IMG/VR virus record: IMGVR_UViG_3300037067_027616
Coordinates: 402,730-466,729 of that record
Length of the DNA stretch: 64,000 bases
Direction: 5' to 3' (one strand)
Source: a virus
Lineage: Duplodnaviria; Caudoviricetes
The first letter of the stretch is position 1. Each line of letters starts with the position of its first letter. Below are positions 36,319-46,400 of this stretch, in pieces. Under the pieces are notes generated by a model. It ran no database searches. It saw nothing but the letters and a program-made list of their open reading frames with translations, and had not been told where the DNA came from. The position numbers and the translations under genes were made by a program.

Positions 36319-36549
36319 ATGAAATCTCTTACTATTTTGATAGAAGAATTGGTTGGACGGGCAACGTCTCAATCGATCATGTCTGCGGATGGCAGGGGTT
36401 TAGAGCGCATGCGCAAGCAAGAAGGATACACTAAAATACCGGACAGATACAAACCCGGAAGGATGATCATGGGGTTATCGGAAGAGGAACGTGAAACACT
36501 CAAGAGAGCAAAACCAAAAGACTTTTATCACAGGCTGTTTGGTAAATAA
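36319..36549 (+). CDS. Hypothetical protein
   Basis: 76-aa ORF in the gene run. Confidence 0.45.
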   Translation: MKSLTILIEELVGRATSQSIMSADGRGLERMRKQEGYTKIPDRYKPGRMIMGLSEEERETLKRAKPKDFYHRLFGK

Positions 36550-36566
36550 CCTAAAAGGAGAAACAC

Positions 36567-37163
36567 ATGGAAGTAACTTTGAAGATTGAAGCGAGTCAGT
36601 TAGGCGAGACCGTTGTCGATCTGTTCAAGACACTCACGGACGATCAGAAGAGGGACATTGCCAAGGAAGTTGTGACGAAGTGGTTCACCGAGGATCCGGC
36701 TGCGGAACGAGAAGCCTTCTCGGATAAGGTCGTTCGAGAACTACGGGGCAGGCATATCCGTATGGGATATGGATACAACAGCGAAAAATACACGGATGAT
36801 CCAAAGGTCACCAACCAGGAAGTTTATGCCATATCAGAATATCGGGAAGCCATGCACGGTTTCAAAACATCCCGAGAGCAATTGGTGACAGCGGCTGTGG
36901 GCGCTGCAATTGAACAATACAAGGATAGCGTCAAAATTCTTGTGCTAAACGATGCGGGATTGACCGCCGCGTTTGAAACCGCAAAGAAAAAAATAGAAGA
37001 GAGTTTTCCACATATGGTTGAGCAAGCCATAATCGGTTGGTTCAAAGCCAGCATGAGTAACGCCGTGGTGGAAATACCTGGGAGTATCTACATCATGCGG
37101 GACGAGATTGACGCTATGAAGCAGACGCTGAATGAAATCGCCTTGAAGCAGAATGGATGCTGA
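36567..37163 (+). CDS. Hypothetical helical protein
   Basis: AAGGAG RBS. Confidence 0.6.
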   Translation: MEVTLKIEASQLGETVVDLFKTLTDDQKRDIAKEVVTKWFTEDPAAEREAFSDKVVRELRGRHIRMGYGYNSEKYTDDPKVTNQEVYAISEYREAMHGFKTSREQLVTAAVGAAIEQYKDSVKILVLNDAGLTAAFETAKKKIEESFPHMVEQAIIGWFKASMSNAVVEIPGSIYIMRDEIDAMKQTLNEIALKQNGC

Positions 37164-37181
37164 AAGACTGTAGGAAATAAA

Positions 37182-37940
37182 ATGGGAGTGACCCCCATCT
37201 ATATCACCTCGTTCCACCGCAAGGACTTCACAGAGCGGTGTGTCCGCGAGATCCACGAACGCACGGCGCCGGGGACGTACGAGATACACTTGTACGACAA
37301 TGACTCTATGTCTGACAAAGGTGACAGGGACTTCGCCTATGGGCTTCTTGAGAAGAATCTTATAACGTCCCTTCATCTGGATGCCCGGAACACCGGATGC
37401 CTTTACAACAAGATGGTCTTCCATGCAATGACTACAGCCGATACCCCATTCTATGTGGTTACAGATAATGATGTCTTCCCGCCGAAATTGGAGCCAGATT
37501 GGTTGTCACGCATGCTTGCCATCATGAACGGTAACCCCTCGTTGGCGCTCCTTGCCATGCAACTGCCGCCGCAGATATTCCAAAGGCCCTCCGGTGAAAG
37601 GGCGCTTGGGGTGTGGTACTGCAGGGCTGTAGGAAATACGTTCAAGGTTGTTCGCACGGAGGCACTGTCCGCCGCGATGTCACAGGGACTTTTGAAGCAG
37701 GCTCTCATGAAATTCGGAGATGACGGTGCGGTGTCTACGGCTTTGATTGCAATGAAGTATCGTGTCGGGTTCTGCCAAGACATATACTGTTACCATGCAG
37801 GGCAGTGTGACAAATGGGGGTACCGTCAAGAAGAGTTGGCGAAGGATCCTCGTAAAATTGGGTATGGCAAACCTTTCACGTACGCGTTCGAGGACGAGGA
37901 GAAGTACCTTCCTGAAAAGAAATGGAGATTGGGCCCATGA
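37182..37940 (+). CDS. GT2-like glycosyltransferase, paralog of the 34954 gene
   Basis: IYITSFHR, YDNDS, TDND, FGDD, HAGQCDKWGY. Confidence 0.75.
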   Translation: MGVTPIYITSFHRKDFTERCVREIHERTAPGTYEIHLYDNDSMSDKGDRDFAYGLLEKNLITSLHLDARNTGCLYNKMVFHAMTTADTPFYVVTDNDVFPPKLEPDWLSRMLAIMNGNPSLALLAMQLPPQIFQRPSGERALGVWYCRAVGNTFKVVRTEALSAAMSQGLLKQALMKFGDDGAVSTALIAMKYRVGFCQDIYCYHAGQCDKWGYRQEELAKDPRKIGYGKPFTYAFEDEEKYLPEKKWRLGP

Positions 37941-38263
37941 ACATGGTTAGAAAAAAGCTAATCCCGGGCCGTGATTATCTAAAGGAAAATTCAATCGTTA
38001 CGGATAAGCCTTCTCTCAAGGTTCTTTTGTCTGGAAAATTGCAGAAGGTTACCATGGAGTTTCTCTTTGATGATGGTTCGAAATTGGTGCGCACATTGGA
38101 AGGGCCGCAGGCAAACGCATGGAATATGAAAATCGAGGACGTTTGCGTCTTTGCACATGTACATGGTTCTAACGCGAATTGGGATTTATTCCCGTGGGTC
38201 GAGAGGATAGTAAAAAAGGCCACCAAAAGTAAACGGGGGAAACATGGTAAAACCCCTTTATAA
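37937..38263 (+). CDS. Hypothetical protein
   Basis: ATGA coupling. Confidence 0.45.
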   Translation: MNMVRKKLIPGRDYLKENSIVTDKPSLKVLLSGKLQKVTMEFLFDDGSKLVRTLEGPQANAWNMKIEDVCVFAHVHGSNANWDLFPWVERIVKKATKSKRGKHGKTPL

Positions 38264-38471
38264 AAAAGGCCAAACGGTTAAGTTGCGTTGGACACGGGCC
38301 ATTTCTTTACCTCTATCCGAGGAACATTTTGAACTTGCGGAGGGGGTCATAGGCACCGTGGAGTTGTCTTTAGGGGGATCTTATTTAGTAAAATTCCCTG
38401 TCACATCCGGATTATCGGTAACCTTGAAAATATCCGAGGTGGATTTGATGGATCCCGGGCAGGTTAAATAA
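38244..38471 (+). CDS. Small SH3-like hypothetical protein
   Basis: KKGQTVKL...GVIGTV...YLVKF. Confidence 0.45.
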   Translation: MVKPLYKKGQTVKLRWTRAISLPLSEEHFELAEGVIGTVELSLGGSYLVKFPVTSGLSVTLKISEVDLMDPGQVK

Positions 38472-38558
38472 GTATCTCAAAAAATAAAAACTGTCATTTT
38501 TAAAACGCCATATAGTAAATTTTGAAGGTGGCCAATAAACTAGTGCAAGGGGAAATAG

Positions 38559-38915
38559 ATGGCAAGAAAACTGCCCGTGTTTGCAGCCACTGAAAGCGTC
38601 AACAGGAGGCCTGGCATGGAGAACGGAAGGCACCCCACGGGCAAAGGGTTCGTGTACATAAGGAACGGGATGAAGCACCGGGAAAAAGGTCCTGCGGAGA
38701 TAAACAATGATGGGTACCAAGCTTGGTACTCCCTTGGGTTGAAGCACCGGGTGGGGGGGCCTGCGGTCACCTATCCAGACGGCCGTATGGAGTGGTGGGA
38801 GAAGGGTAAGCTTTTAAAGGCCACTAACCAAACGATGCTCGCACCAGGTACGAAGGTGGACATGCGCGCGGTAAGGAAAGACAAAAAGCTTTCTAAAATC
38901 GTGAGAGGAAGGTAG
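38559..38915 (+). CDS. Protein with HR.xGPA repeats (MORN-variant-like)
   Basis: KHREKGPAEI...AWY and KHRVGGPAVTY...EWW repeats. Confidence 0.65.
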   Translation: MARKLPVFAATESVNRRPGMENGRHPTGKGFVYIRNGMKHREKGPAEINNDGYQAWYSLGLKHRVGGPAVTYPDGRMEWWEKGKLLKATNQTMLAPGTKVDMRAVRKDKKLSKIVRGR

Positions 38916-38921
38916 GTATCC

Positions 38922-39524
38922 ATGTTTGTTTGTTTTGAGGGACCGGACCGGTCGGGGAAGACAACACTTTCGGTGAAGTTCCAAATGTGGCTCAACGATG
39001 AGTACCGTGACAAGGACGGGTCTCTCCTTGCCGATCCTCACCTCGGTGACTTCATATGGACCAAGGAGCCGACGTTCAGCAGTGAGGAAGCTGACATTTT
39101 GAACTCCGAGGAGTCCCCGTTGAATGAGTACCAAAGGGAGCGTGTATTCTTTGAGTCTAGGATGCGCCACCAAGAAACCTTGTCTTGCAACAACATCGTG
39201 TGTGACAGGTATGTGTGGTCTGGCATTGCCTACGCCAAGGTGTTTTCCCCGCACTGTTTCGAGTTAACCAAAGAACTGTACCTTTCCGAGAACCTTTTCG
39301 TTCTGCCCGATTTGTACGTGTTCGTGGACACACCTCCCGAGGTGTGCTATGACAGGGATCCAAGCCTTAACCTCGACAGGCTGAAGACGATACGGGAAGC
39401 GTACCTTGCCACCCGGGAGTTCATAAAATCCCCGATCTTGACGGTGCAGGGCCTCGGAGGAGAGGAAAGAACGTTGCAAAGGCTTGTCGCGTTGTTCAAG
39501 GATCTGGAGAATTGGAAAAGTTAA
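38922..39524 (+). CDS. tmk: Thymidylate (dTMP) kinase
   Basis: FEGPDRSGKTT, TKEP, CDRY, PDLYVFVD. Confidence 0.88.
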   Translation: MFVCFEGPDRSGKTTLSVKFQMWLNDEYRDKDGSLLADPHLGDFIWTKEPTFSSEEADILNSEESPLNEYQRERVFFESRMRHQETLSCNNIVCDRYVWSGIAYAKVFSPHCFELTKELYLSENLFVLPDLYVFVDTPPEVCYDRDPSLNLDRLKTIREAYLATREFIKSPILTVQGLGGEERTLQRLVALFKDLENWKS

Positions 39525-41563
39525 TGAAGGTATTTGAGGTATCCAGCCAAGAGCGTGTATATTGTGAAGACCGTTGTTCGGGGGTCGTTCCACTCACTAG
39601 CCATATTCTTTTCAAATTGCCATGCAACATGCCTGGTTTAGTGTCCTTGTTAAAACTTCGTGTAGCCGACATGTATGGCATATGCGATGGAATAGTTTCC
39701 GTGTTGCTGACATCGGATCTCGGAACATCAAGGAAATACATTTTGGGAATAGTGCAGGACATTCTTCCAAACAAAACTATAAAAATTTCTATAGATGGTG
39801 GGATCCCCGTCGATAAGTTTTTTACCGTTCAACTTCAAGCAGAATACAATGACAAAGGGGTGTTGTGTTTGTTGGCTGGACCGTCAGGGTGGTCTGGTAT
39901 GGTATTAAGCGATGTTAGAGTCACATACGATTTGAAGAGCCTTCCCAACATAGCTGTAGTGATGCCTGTCCACGGCGTGGATGAAGAAACATTTTGCAGT
40001 GCATTAGACTCCGTAGTTGCTCAATCGTATCCACATTGGGTGTTATGCGCTTTTATCAGTGATGACGAACCCTTGGGAATAAAAGAGGTGCTTGAAGAAT
40101 TCGAGAAGGAAAACCCGGAAAAAACCCGTATAGCGAGAAGCACGAGCAATGTAGGCATATCGGCTTCAACAAATGCCGCAATTAGTGTGGCACCCAACGG
40201 AACAAAAATATACTCATTCTTCGATTGCGATGATGAATTGCATCCGGACGCGTTGATAAACGTTGCCAAAGTTTTCTCTGACAGGAACGATGTTTCTGTT
40301 GTCTACACGGATGAGGACAAGATAGAAAGTGATGGCAGGTTGGTAGAGGCACATTACAAACCAGGCTTTTCAAGGGAGATGCTACTCTCCCAAAACTATA
40401 TGTGCCATCTCGTGTCGGTATCGGACAAGGTCATTGCAAAATGTGGTCAGGAGCCACTCGATGGAAGATATGACGGTGCGCAAGATCACGAGTTCCTTCT
40501 CCGGTGTACCTTTGATCCAAACACGGTGGTAGTGCACATACCAAAAGTGTTGTACCATTGGAGGAAATCAGGGGGTTCATCCGCCAAGGACTCCTCCGCA
40601 AAACTATGGGCATTCGATGCCGGACTCAAAGCTGTAATGAGTCAATGTGATACCGGGGCATTGGTTTATCGTGGGCCGTATTTGGGAACATACCGAGTTC
40701 GAAAGCCTGTGGATGATTGGCCCGATGTGCATATCATCATCCCCACACACGACAATATAAAAATGTTTGGCTCGTGCTTGCAATCTCTGGGGGGCATAGA
40801 GTACCGTGGAAAATTGTTCGTGCACGTCCTAGCACACATGTGTTCTGACAGCACCTTTGATATTTTGATTGGAATGAAGGACAAAGAGTTGTTGAGTACC
40901 CTTCAGAGGTATGAAGGCGAATTCAATTGGTCTGCGATAAACAACTCTGCGGTGGACTCCGTATTCTATGCCAAAGAAGGTTGCCCGGAGTTGCACAAAA
41001 GCGCCGTAGTGTTCATGAACGATGACATTGAGGCGGTTGACCCTTATTGGTTGGACGAGATGATACGGGAATTGTGGCAGCCGGGGGTGGGGATCGTAGG
41101 CGCCAAGTTGCTATACCCGGACATGCGGATACAGCATGCGGGCGTGGTCATAGGCATGGGAGGGATAGCAGGTCACGGACACAAACGCCTGGCTGATTCA
41201 AACTCTGGATACTTCTGCAGACACCACCTCGTGCAGCAAATGTCCGCCGTAACCGGCGCTTGTATGGCGGTGAAGGTGGAGGTATTCTTGGGTGTCGGCG
41301 GGTTCGAGGAGAAACTGCCGAAGGCCTTCAACGATGTGGACTTCTGCCTGCGAGTACGCGAAGCAGGCTACAAGGTGGTATACACCCCGTGGGCTCGCCT
41401 CGTGCACCATGAGTCCTTTTCGAGGGGTGTTGACGCCGGCGATGACCCTGTGTTCCAGGCGGCCATAAAGTACATGGAGGAGAAGTGGCACTGCCGCACG
41501 TATCAAGACCCTTTCTTCAACCCGAACCTTGACATCACGAGCGAAATATTTAGGGGGAAATAA
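39524..41563 (+). CDS. Two-domain GT2 glycosyltransferase with N-terminal extension
   Basis: FDCDDEL, YTDEDKI, GAQDHE, IPKVLYHWR, FMNDDIE, VGAKLLYPD, AVTGAC, FNDVDFCLR. Confidence 0.9.
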   Translation: MKVFEVSSQERVYCEDRCSGVVPLTSHILFKLPCNMPGLVSLLKLRVADMYGICDGIVSVLLTSDLGTSRKYILGIVQDILPNKTIKISIDGGIPVDKFFTVQLQAEYNDKGVLCLLAGPSGWSGMVLSDVRVTYDLKSLPNIAVVMPVHGVDEETFCSALDSVVAQSYPHWVLCAFISDDEPLGIKEVLEEFEKENPEKTRIARSTSNVGISASTNAAISVAPNGTKIYSFFDCDDELHPDALINVAKVFSDRNDVSVVYTDEDKIESDGRLVEAHYKPGFSREMLLSQNYMCHLVSVSDKVIAKCGQEPLDGRYDGAQDHEFLLRCTFDPNTVVVHIPKVLYHWRKSGGSSAKDSSAKLWAFDAGLKAVMSQCDTGALVYRGPYLGTYRVRKPVDDWPDVHIIIPTHDNIKMFGSCLQSLGGIEYRGKLFVHVLAHMCSDSTFDILIGMKDKELLSTLQRYEGEFNWSAINNSAVDSVFYAKEGCPELHKSAVVFMNDDIEAVDPYWLDEMIRELWQPGVGIVGAKLLYPDMRIQHAGVVIGMGGIAGHGHKRLADSNSGYFCRHHLVQQMSAVTGACMAVKVEVFLGVGGFEEKLPKAFNDVDFCLRVREAGYKVVYTPWARLVHHESFSRGVDAGDDPVFQAAIKYMEEKWHCRTYQDPFFNPNLDITSEIFRGK

Positions 41564-42027
41564 TGATAGTCGAAAACATATCCTTAAAACGTAAATTCTG
41601 CTTCAGAACATGGTTCAACAGGCTTAAGTATAAATTACAGCACCCATTGAAGACGATAAGGTGGGAGTTACGTTCGGTATGGTTTGGGGTTCGCCGCTGG
41701 TGGAGTTTCATGCGGTACGGGATACGCGTAGGAGAAAACGGAAGTATGTTGCCGTGTTTGGGACGAGGGAAGTATGTGGACGTAGTTCGCCGGGGAGATT
41801 GTATCGAGATGTATGACCACAGCAACAAAGAAAACCCATTCACAATACGTCTCATACCATACCAACCTAACCACGGTGTAATGGTAGAGTACATTAGCGC
41901 TGATGGCCAAATCGGATGGAGGTCACATTGCGATTCCCGAAAGTTTCTTGGGATGGGATTTGGGGTGCAGGAGACCAACACAGTCCTAAATGACGCTCCT
42001 AAAAACATAGAAGGAACCAACCTGTGA
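41563..42027 (+). CDS. Hypothetical protein
   Basis: TAATG coupling. Confidence 0.45.
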   Translation: MIVENISLKRKFCFRTWFNRLKYKLQHPLKTIRWELRSVWFGVRRWWSFMRYGIRVGENGSMLPCLGRGKYVDVVRRGDCIEMYDHSNKENPFTIRLIPYQPNHGVMVEYISADGQIGWRSHCDSRKFLGMGFGVQETNTVLNDAPKNIEGTNL

Positions 42028-42809
42028 GCGGACCTGTCATTGGCTTGTTCATACCCGTGTACCACCGTGATGAAAAAGTAATCAATTGTTTCAACGCACT
42101 TAAAGATACTGTGATACCGGATGGCTGGCGAGTACATACTTTTGTGGGGTTCAACGGAGGATCCCCGGAATTGAAGAATTACCTTGTATCTTGGGAGGGG
42201 AAATTACGGTTTTTTGATACTATCAATCCCGCTTTCTATCAAGTGTTAGATTACGGAGAAAACCTTGGAAAGCCTGCGATAGTCAATCGGATGGTCGATA
42301 GCATGGCCGATAGTGTCCCTTTCAACTATGTTTTGAGTTACGATTCAGATCTTGTTGCACAAGACCCGGAATGGCTGTGGAAGTTCGTGGAGGCCTTTGA
42401 ATTCTTTCCAAAATGGAAAGACCTCGGGGCATTATCGGCACAACAGACGGGTCACTGCTGTCATGTCTTGAAAAACTCAACAAGTTATTCCGGATCAAAC
42501 TATTCCGAATCAAGGTATGCCGGGTATACCTATCAATCCGTGCCGCGCAATGAAGGTATCGCAGGCGGGGCCATTCTCACACCTTACCATGTGTGGCGCA
42601 CCATCGGGGGGTATCTTGCTAATCGTATATATGGCGCCGATGACGCGCATTACGCGTTGGCGTTGCATCAACATAACCTTTTGATGTGCGTGGTAGATCA
42701 AGTGTCCTTGTACCACCCCCCCGGGGACGACCCGGCCTACAGTGAATGGAAGCAGAAAGCCTGCAGGGACGGACTATCGGGGGACGAACTCAAAGGGTTT
42801 TACCATTGA
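42024..42809 (+). CDS. GT2-like glycosyltransferase
   Basis: IPVYHR, ENLGKP, YDSD, IGGY...YGADD. Confidence 0.75.
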   Translation: MSGPVIGLFIPVYHRDEKVINCFNALKDTVIPDGWRVHTFVGFNGGSPELKNYLVSWEGKLRFFDTINPAFYQVLDYGENLGKPAIVNRMVDSMADSVPFNYVLSYDSDLVAQDPEWLWKFVEAFEFFPKWKDLGALSAQQTGHCCHVLKNSTSYSGSNYSESRYAGYTYQSVPRNEGIAGGAILTPYHVWRTIGGYLANRIYGADDAHYALALHQHNLLMCVVDQVSLYHPPGDDPAYSEWKQKACRDGLSGDELKGFYH

Positions 42810-42821
42810 GGTAACCCCCAT

Positions 42822-43367
42822 ATGAATGACCTTATAAAAATCAGCAAATTCCTTTCTCTCGTGTTGAGGCACAAGCCTGACGCCATACGTATAAAGCTCG
42901 ATGGCGCAGGATGGGTGGATGTTGACACTCTGTTGGAGGCCTTGAAAATTTATGGTAAAGCCATAGACAAAGCCACGTTGGATGAGGTTGTCGCCACGAA
43001 CAATAAAAAACGTTTTGAGTACAGTCCGGACGGATCCAAGATACGAGCTTGCCAAGGGCATTCGGTCAAGGACGTGGACTTGGGCCTTGAGCCAAAAGCG
43101 CCCCCGGATATCCTGTACCACGGTACTGCTGATAGATTTGTTAACTCCATCATAAATGAAGGTATCAATCCTGGTAGCCGTCAGTACGTACACTTGTCCC
43201 TTGACACGGAAACGGCGGTCAAAGTGGGACAGCGGCACGGAAAACCCATCGTCTTGAAGGTGATATCCAAAGAAATGCACCAAGACGGACACGCGTTCTT
43301 TCTGTCCCACAACAACGTGTGGCTCACAAAGTTCGTCCCCCCAGAATATGTGAGTGTGTCCGCTTAA
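42822..43367 (+). CDS. kptA: RNA 2'-phosphotransferase Tpt1/KptA
   Basis: SKFLSLVLRHKP, KKRF, IRACQGHS, LYHGT, RQYVHLS, NNVWLT. Confidence 0.93.
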   Translation: MNDLIKISKFLSLVLRHKPDAIRIKLDGAGWVDVDTLLEALKIYGKAIDKATLDEVVATNNKKRFEYSPDGSKIRACQGHSVKDVDLGLEPKAPPDILYHGTADRFVNSIINEGINPGSRQYVHLSLDTETAVKVGQRHGKPIVLKVISKEMHQDGHAFFLSHNNVWLTKFVPPEYVSVSA

Positions 43368-43400
43368 TATTCTCCTATTACGTCTGTCCTTCTGTAAGAT

Positions 43401-46400
43401 GTGTCGCCTGTACAAGGTGGGCAGATGTTATTCATTGGTTCACAAAGACTTATGGAGGTCGTTGGCAGATTCTTGAAGTCTGCCGGCGACCGTATTCATA
43501 CAGAGGAGCCTTTTAAAACACGAGAGGCTATTCTCCGTAATTGGGAGTACACCGTCCCGGAAGATTTAAGCCAGCAGGTAATCGACTTCTACGCACTGTC
43601 ATTGTTACACCCCAAGACTATCGAAGAATCAGGCGGCGAATCCTCTGAAGATGTGGCTGTGGCAATCGAGGACGCCAAGAAAACAAGTGTGGATGCGATG
43701 TGGAGGTTGTGTTTTGAGGCCCTATACCGTGCATGTGCTTGTGAGATTTTTCATTTTCAGGCGTTCTATAATGAGTACATTGAGAATAAATTCATTGATA
43801 GTGAACCGTCTTGGAAAAACGTGTTCTATGACCTTAAGAAAAATATGCAGAATACGTACGTCCGTAGTGATTTACCTGGTTATGAGGAACGTTATGCTCT
43901 TCTCCGTGATAAAGAACCTGGGGTGTTTTTTGATTTTTGTTCTGTGGCCTTTGCACAAAGTGAAGTCTATTGGCATGCGTCCTATGGCGGTGCCGCTTGG
44001 AAAAATATAGCGTCTGCCGGGCGTATGCTCCTTGCGGCCTCATCGCAAGGTGACCGTATGGTGGCGGTCGACCACGCGTTGGATCTTGAACACAACAATG
44101 GGTCTATTTTCACAAAGTGGAAAGGTAAAAAACTCCCCAAGGAAGTTTTGGATTGGAAGCGCGTAGCTAAACCAGACGAGTATTTAAGTGCTGTGTCCCC
44201 GGGTTTGCAGGATGCCTTCGCCGCCGCTACAAGAAAACAGGAAGGGGTCGGCTCTCCAGGTTCTCAAGAACGAAAAGATAATTTTTTCAAAGACCTTGAG
44301 GTACGTTTGGAGGAAGATCCTAACAAAACAAAAGTTGATAAAAAAACCATGGCTTTATTGGTAAAACACATGGGAAATCGTTTTGGTGAGCTCCTAAAAA
44401 AGCAACCGAGAATTATAAATAAGTTGGATAAAAATCTAACGCTAGAGGTTTCGGGGAAATTTGCAGAAGAGTTGTGGGAAATTTCTTTGGCTAACCCAGA
44501 AAATAATAATCTTATGCTTCTCCTCCCGAAATTTAAAGAACAAAAATTCAAAGAGAATCCTGTCAAGGTTCTTTTAAATTATGAGGGTTCCTATTTTAAC
44601 GATGCAGAGAAATCTATGTACCGCGATATTTTAGGTAGCGTGGAAAATATAGTGGAAGTCATTAAAAATTTGGACGATAAAGAGTCAAATTTTGTAGCAG
44701 ATACCGTGACACGTATAAAACCTGGGTATATTTACAAAAAAGATTTACTTGAATATCTGTCCGAAGAGGGGCTCTTGTGGAATTTTAGACACAACGAGTA
44801 CAACCTAATAGATGCCCTTTCAAATGCAAACGACTTCTCCCCGGAATTTAAGAAAAAGATATCGAACCTTCTTAACCACGATAAAACCGGCGCGGAAGTT
44901 TTTTCCATTTTGTATAGAGTTTCAAAGGTGCTGAATGGTTTTTTGAAAGAAGTACCGTGGATTAATAGTGTTATAAAAATATTGCTCACGGAAAAAGGCA
45001 GTAAATTTTTAAGAGAGTTACCGCCAAACTATGTAATTGAGTTGATGAAGCTCTCCAATGATATCACAAAAAAAGTTTTCAACGAATTTCCGACTGTTCT
45101 TTATGAGGTGTCAAGGTTTGATAGTGGTTTTAACAATATTGTTTTGCAAAATATAGATGTTGCCGTAAAAGGTTCTATAAAAGTGGAAGCTTATTGGGTC
45201 TTATTTAATAGCCCGGAAATAACTCAAGCCTCTGTTAAAAATTATCCGGGATATGTAATTGATGCTGTCGGAAGTCACCCGGAATATTTGAAATACTTGA
45301 ATAACGAACAAATCCAAGTTCTTATGAATTATAACCTTGAAGACTTCACTTATCACATGAACAACGATTCGAGTTTCCGGGCTGTAATCGAAAAAAACCC
45401 TGTGCTGTCAAAAAAATTCATATTCGATGAGTATGGAAAAGTCACACCGATCGGTAAGACTCAACCGCATACCATGTCAAAAGGTCCACAACCAGCCGAG
45501 GTATATGGAAGTTGTTTGGAAAACACAATCCCCTATGTGAAAACCGCAAAAGATGCAAATGTCACACGCGTAGCCTTGGCGTACCTCAAGTCCCCTTACC
45601 AAGACATAGAGGCGTCTGCAGGCACCAAAAAAACGGTATACCACGGCACCAACGTATTGTTCAACAGGTTCAGCACAAAGAACACGGCGATGGGCATCCT
45701 GTGGTTCTCGGAAGATAGGAAAAGAATAGAACGCGGCGAGTCTGGTGCAGATTCGAATAAGTACCTGGTCACTGCAGAGATAAATGTTAACAAAACCGCC
45801 GGGTGGCCAGAGTACGAGAAACTGATGCTGGCGCAAATAAAATCCGAAGGGTACGACAGCATAAAGCTAGATGATGATTGGGTGGTCTTCGACCCCAGGA
45901 GGGTCAAGATACTTAAGGTCGAGGAGCGACAACCGGACGGAACCTACAAAGAAATCCGTAACCGCATGTCATCTAAAATGGCCCTCGAGCAGTATGTCGG
46001 GGAACACTCGGCGCCCGACCCAGAAGTATCCGCCCCTCTGCATAACCTCACCTTTAATGAAATATACCCGGATGATGTGTACACGAATCCCCGGCACTAT
46101 TTCAGCGGTGAAGACAATGAGGATATGTGGGCATGGAGCATCATATCGGACTGTCACAAAAAACCGTCAAAATCTGTGACCATATACCGCGCGGTGCCCT
46201 ATCAAGAAAGTAGCGAGGATCTGATATCAAAGTATCTGCAGGAAAAAGCATACATACAAAAGACGGGTAAAATGCCGAGGGCTGCGGTTAAGGAAATGAA
46301 TGTCAGTAGGTATTATGAGTATCTGAATCATGAGATAGAACTCTTGAAAGAACACCCACAGAAAAGTCAAGACAACATAAAGCGTATCAACCCAGGGGAT

